Shown: positions 62,355-64,000 of the stretch, piece after piece
Position numbering within the stretch: the stretch's first letter is position 1
How the letters are laid out: the number at the start of each line of letters is the position of its first letter
DNA from: Planctomycetota bacterium
GTDB taxonomy: Bacteria > Planctomycetota > Phycisphaerae > WQYP01
Length of the DNA: 64,000 bases
Direction: 5' to 3'
NCBI GenBank assembly: GCA_021852275.1
Contig: JAJZNX010000025.1
Location: 621-64,620 of the forward strand
The notes under the pieces: generated by a model
Databases searched by the model: none
What the model was told of the DNA's origin: nothing
Seen by the model: only the letters and a program-made list of their open reading frames with translations
Made by a program: the position numbers and the translations under genes

Positions 62355-64000
62355 TTACCCCGCCTTGGCTTCCCATGCTTCCAGCGCCTCGGCCAAGTCA
62401 CTTTGCACCCGCGTGTAATCTAACTTGGCCTGCCGCAAATGTTCCGCCACCGTGGCCACTTTGGGGTCTGCCAGCGTTCGCTCAGCCTGCTGCTTTTGCT
62501 GTTCCAGCCGCTGAATCAATTCTTCCACCGCACTCAAGCTCAGGCGGCTTAGATGTGGCGGTAATTTTGCCGATGTTGAAGGTGTCGGCCGATGACGGTC
62601 TTTAGCCTGACGATTCTGCCGAGCCTGCGATTGCTCCCTTCGTTTTTTATCCTGCTTTTCCGCATCACGACGTTGTAACGATAACTGCTCTGCCGCGCTG
62701 GCTGCCGCCACCAGATAATCGCTGTAACTCCCATTGAACAATCGCCACTGCGGCCCCTGGCCGGCTTCTTTGGCAGGCTCCAGCACCAGCAGTTGATCGC
62801 ACACGGAATCTAAAAAGAACCGGTCATGTGATACTAAAATCAAGGTTCCGTCAAAACTATCCAGGGCCGTTTCCACCACCTGACACGTGAGCATATCCAG
62901 GTGATTGGTCGGCTCATCCATCAAGATAGTATTAGATGGATTCAGGAGCAGTTTGGCCATAGCCACACGTGCTTTTTCTCCCCCCGAAAGAACCGCAATC
63001 TTTTTATCTATGGTATCTCCCGAAAACAAAAACAGGGCCGCCAGATCGCGCATGTCCTGTGGTGACATGGTGGGTCGGGCACTATGAAGTTCCTCGGCCA
63101 CGGAGTTTTCCGGATTTAAATCCTGATGTTCCTGCCGGTAGTATTGAACGCTTACAGCGTGGCCCCAGTGAATCTCGCCCGTATCCGCAGCCAGATCACC
63201 CGCCAAAATATTCAACAGCGTACTCTTGCCCGCGCCATTGGGACCAATGATGCCCAGTCGTGTGCCCCGGGGCAAATGAAAGCTGATACCCGCAAACAGG
63301 TTCTTTTCGTCGAAGCGCTTGCTAACACCATCAAGCCGAAGGGCTTCCTGACCGCTGGGCCGTGCGACTTTCAGATTCAAGATCATAGCTTTGTCCTGAC
63401 CACGTGGTCGGGAAACCAACCCTTCTTCTTTCAGCCGCTCCAGTCTGGTCTTGCGGCCACGGGCCTGCATTGCCCGCTGGCCGGCACCAAACCGGCGGAT
63501 ATATTCCTCTTGCTTGGCAATAAATGCCTGCTGCTGCGCAAACTGCCGCTGCCGGGTTAATTGCCGTTCGGCACTCAGGGTTAGATAATCGGAGTAATTT
63601 CCGGGATATTTTTCTATCTCGCCGCCACGCATCTCCACAATGTTATTCACCACCCGATCCAGAAAATACCGGTCGTGGCTGACAATCACCATGGTTACAT
63701 CGGTCATGGCCTTGAGGGTTTCTTCCAGCCAGTTGAGCATGTGTAAATCAAGATGGTTGGTGGGTTCATCAAGCAGCAGTAAATCCGCTCCAGATAGCAG
63801 CATGCGGGCCAACTGAGCCCGCGATTTTTGTCCGCCGGACAAGGCTGAAATCGGAAGGGTCAAATCCCGTGAAGAAAACCCCAATTCCTGCAGTACCATT
63901 TCAACACGCCGCTCAATATCCCAGCCACCCAGATGTTCAAAATGATGCTGCAATGCATCGTAGCGCCGAATTGCCGCGTCATGCTCCGGACCGGATGTAT
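62355..64000 (-). CDS. ABC-F family ATPase (Uup/EttA-type), N-terminus beyond the right window edge
   Basis: It carries two ABC signature motifs and one Walker A (LSGGQKSRAQLARML; GIIGPNGAGKSTLL; LSGGEKARVAMAKLL). It also carries a charged C-terminal coiled coil. The frame stays open upstream of the tracked TTG to base 64000. Confidence 0.9.
   Translation of the reverse strand, partial: TSGPEHDAAIRRYDALQHHFEHLGGWDIERRVEMVLQELGFSSRDLTLPISALSGGQKSRAQLARMLLSGADLLLLDEPTNHLDLHMLNWLEETLKAMTDVTMVIVSHDRYFLDRVVNNIVEMRGGEIEKYPGNYSDYLTLSAERQLTRQRQFAQQQAFIAKQEEYIRRFGAGQRAMQARGRKTRLERLKEEGLVSRPRGQDKAMILNLKVARPSGQEALRLDGVSKRFDEKNLFAGISFHLPRGTRLGIIGPNGAGKSTLLNILAGDLAADTGEIHWGHAVSVQYYRQEHQDLNPENSVAEELHSARPTMSPQDMRDLAALFLFSGDTIDKKIAVLSGGEKARVAMAKLLLNPSNTILMDEPTNHLDMLTCQVVETALDSFDGTLILVSHDRFFLDSVCDQLLVLEPAKEAGQGPQWRLFNGSYSDYLVAAASAAEQLSLQRRDAEKQDKKRREQSQARQNRQAKDRHRPTPSTSAKLPPHLSRLSLSAVEELIQRLEQQKQQAERTLADPKVATVAEHLRQAKLDYTRVQSDLAEALEAWEAKAG

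Noticed and set aside
1-64000. Scan for CRISPR arrays, rRNA genes, IS elements/transposases and terminal inverted repeats of transposons.
   Set aside because: No regularly spaced direct repeats, no rRNA-like sequence and no transposase or integrase-like ORF were found. The only mobile element supported is the inovirus-like prophage.

Overview
The window looks like a Planctomycetota-type chromosome. This is inferred from a DUF1559 pseudopilin-like protein and from PEP-CTERM proteins carrying autotransporter-associated beta-strand repeats. No database search was possible. All calls rest on motifs read from the supplied translations and on manual inspection of the DNA.

Layout:
- (1) 0.85-9.9 kb: an AraR-like (GntR-HTH plus LacI-type sensor) regulator lies divergent from a secreted/surface locus. 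That locus holds a DUF1559 protein, two paralogous beta-strand-repeat PEP-CTERM proteins (one carrying an N-terminal GH25 muramidase) and a Tat-exported beta-helix glycosidase-like protein.
- (2) A ClpX-type zinc-finger protein and cysK.
- (3) 11.48-21.69 kb: a visibly AT-richer island with all genes on the minus strand and no integrase. Its gene set is that of a filamentous phage (inovirus): HUH Rep, an SSB-sized ORF, several small coat-like membrane proteins, a pIII-like adsorption protein, a pVI-like protein, a Zot/pI ATPase and a lipoprotein secretin. It is bounded by a 21-bp direct repeat that forms a dif-like XerC/XerD site. This is the most interesting system in the window.
- (4) 21.8-45.5 kb: housekeeping genes. 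These are tRNA-Arg/Lys/Gly, RidA, a BFD-like ferredoxin, comB, a nagB-LmbE fusion, an LpxL-like acyltransferase, lutCBA-hslV-yggS, a CheY-like regulator, PBP4, PMM/PGM, scpB and alaS.
- (5) 45.6-62.3 kb: a glycan cluster. It combines the CDP-3,6-dideoxyhexose genes rfbFGH with a ThDP (acetolactate-synthase-like) enzyme, a NeuB-like synthase, a KdsC-like phosphatase, three SDRs, a TIM-barrel isomerase and a three-domain sugar C-methyltransferase. It also holds a GT2 / flippase-like / GT-C membrane trio.
- (6) A partial ABC-F ATPase at the right edge.

The only two G/C homopolymer tracts of 10 nt or more that I noticed each sit exactly at an ORF break (phage rep; the C-methyltransferase). No CRISPR array, rRNA or transposase was seen.
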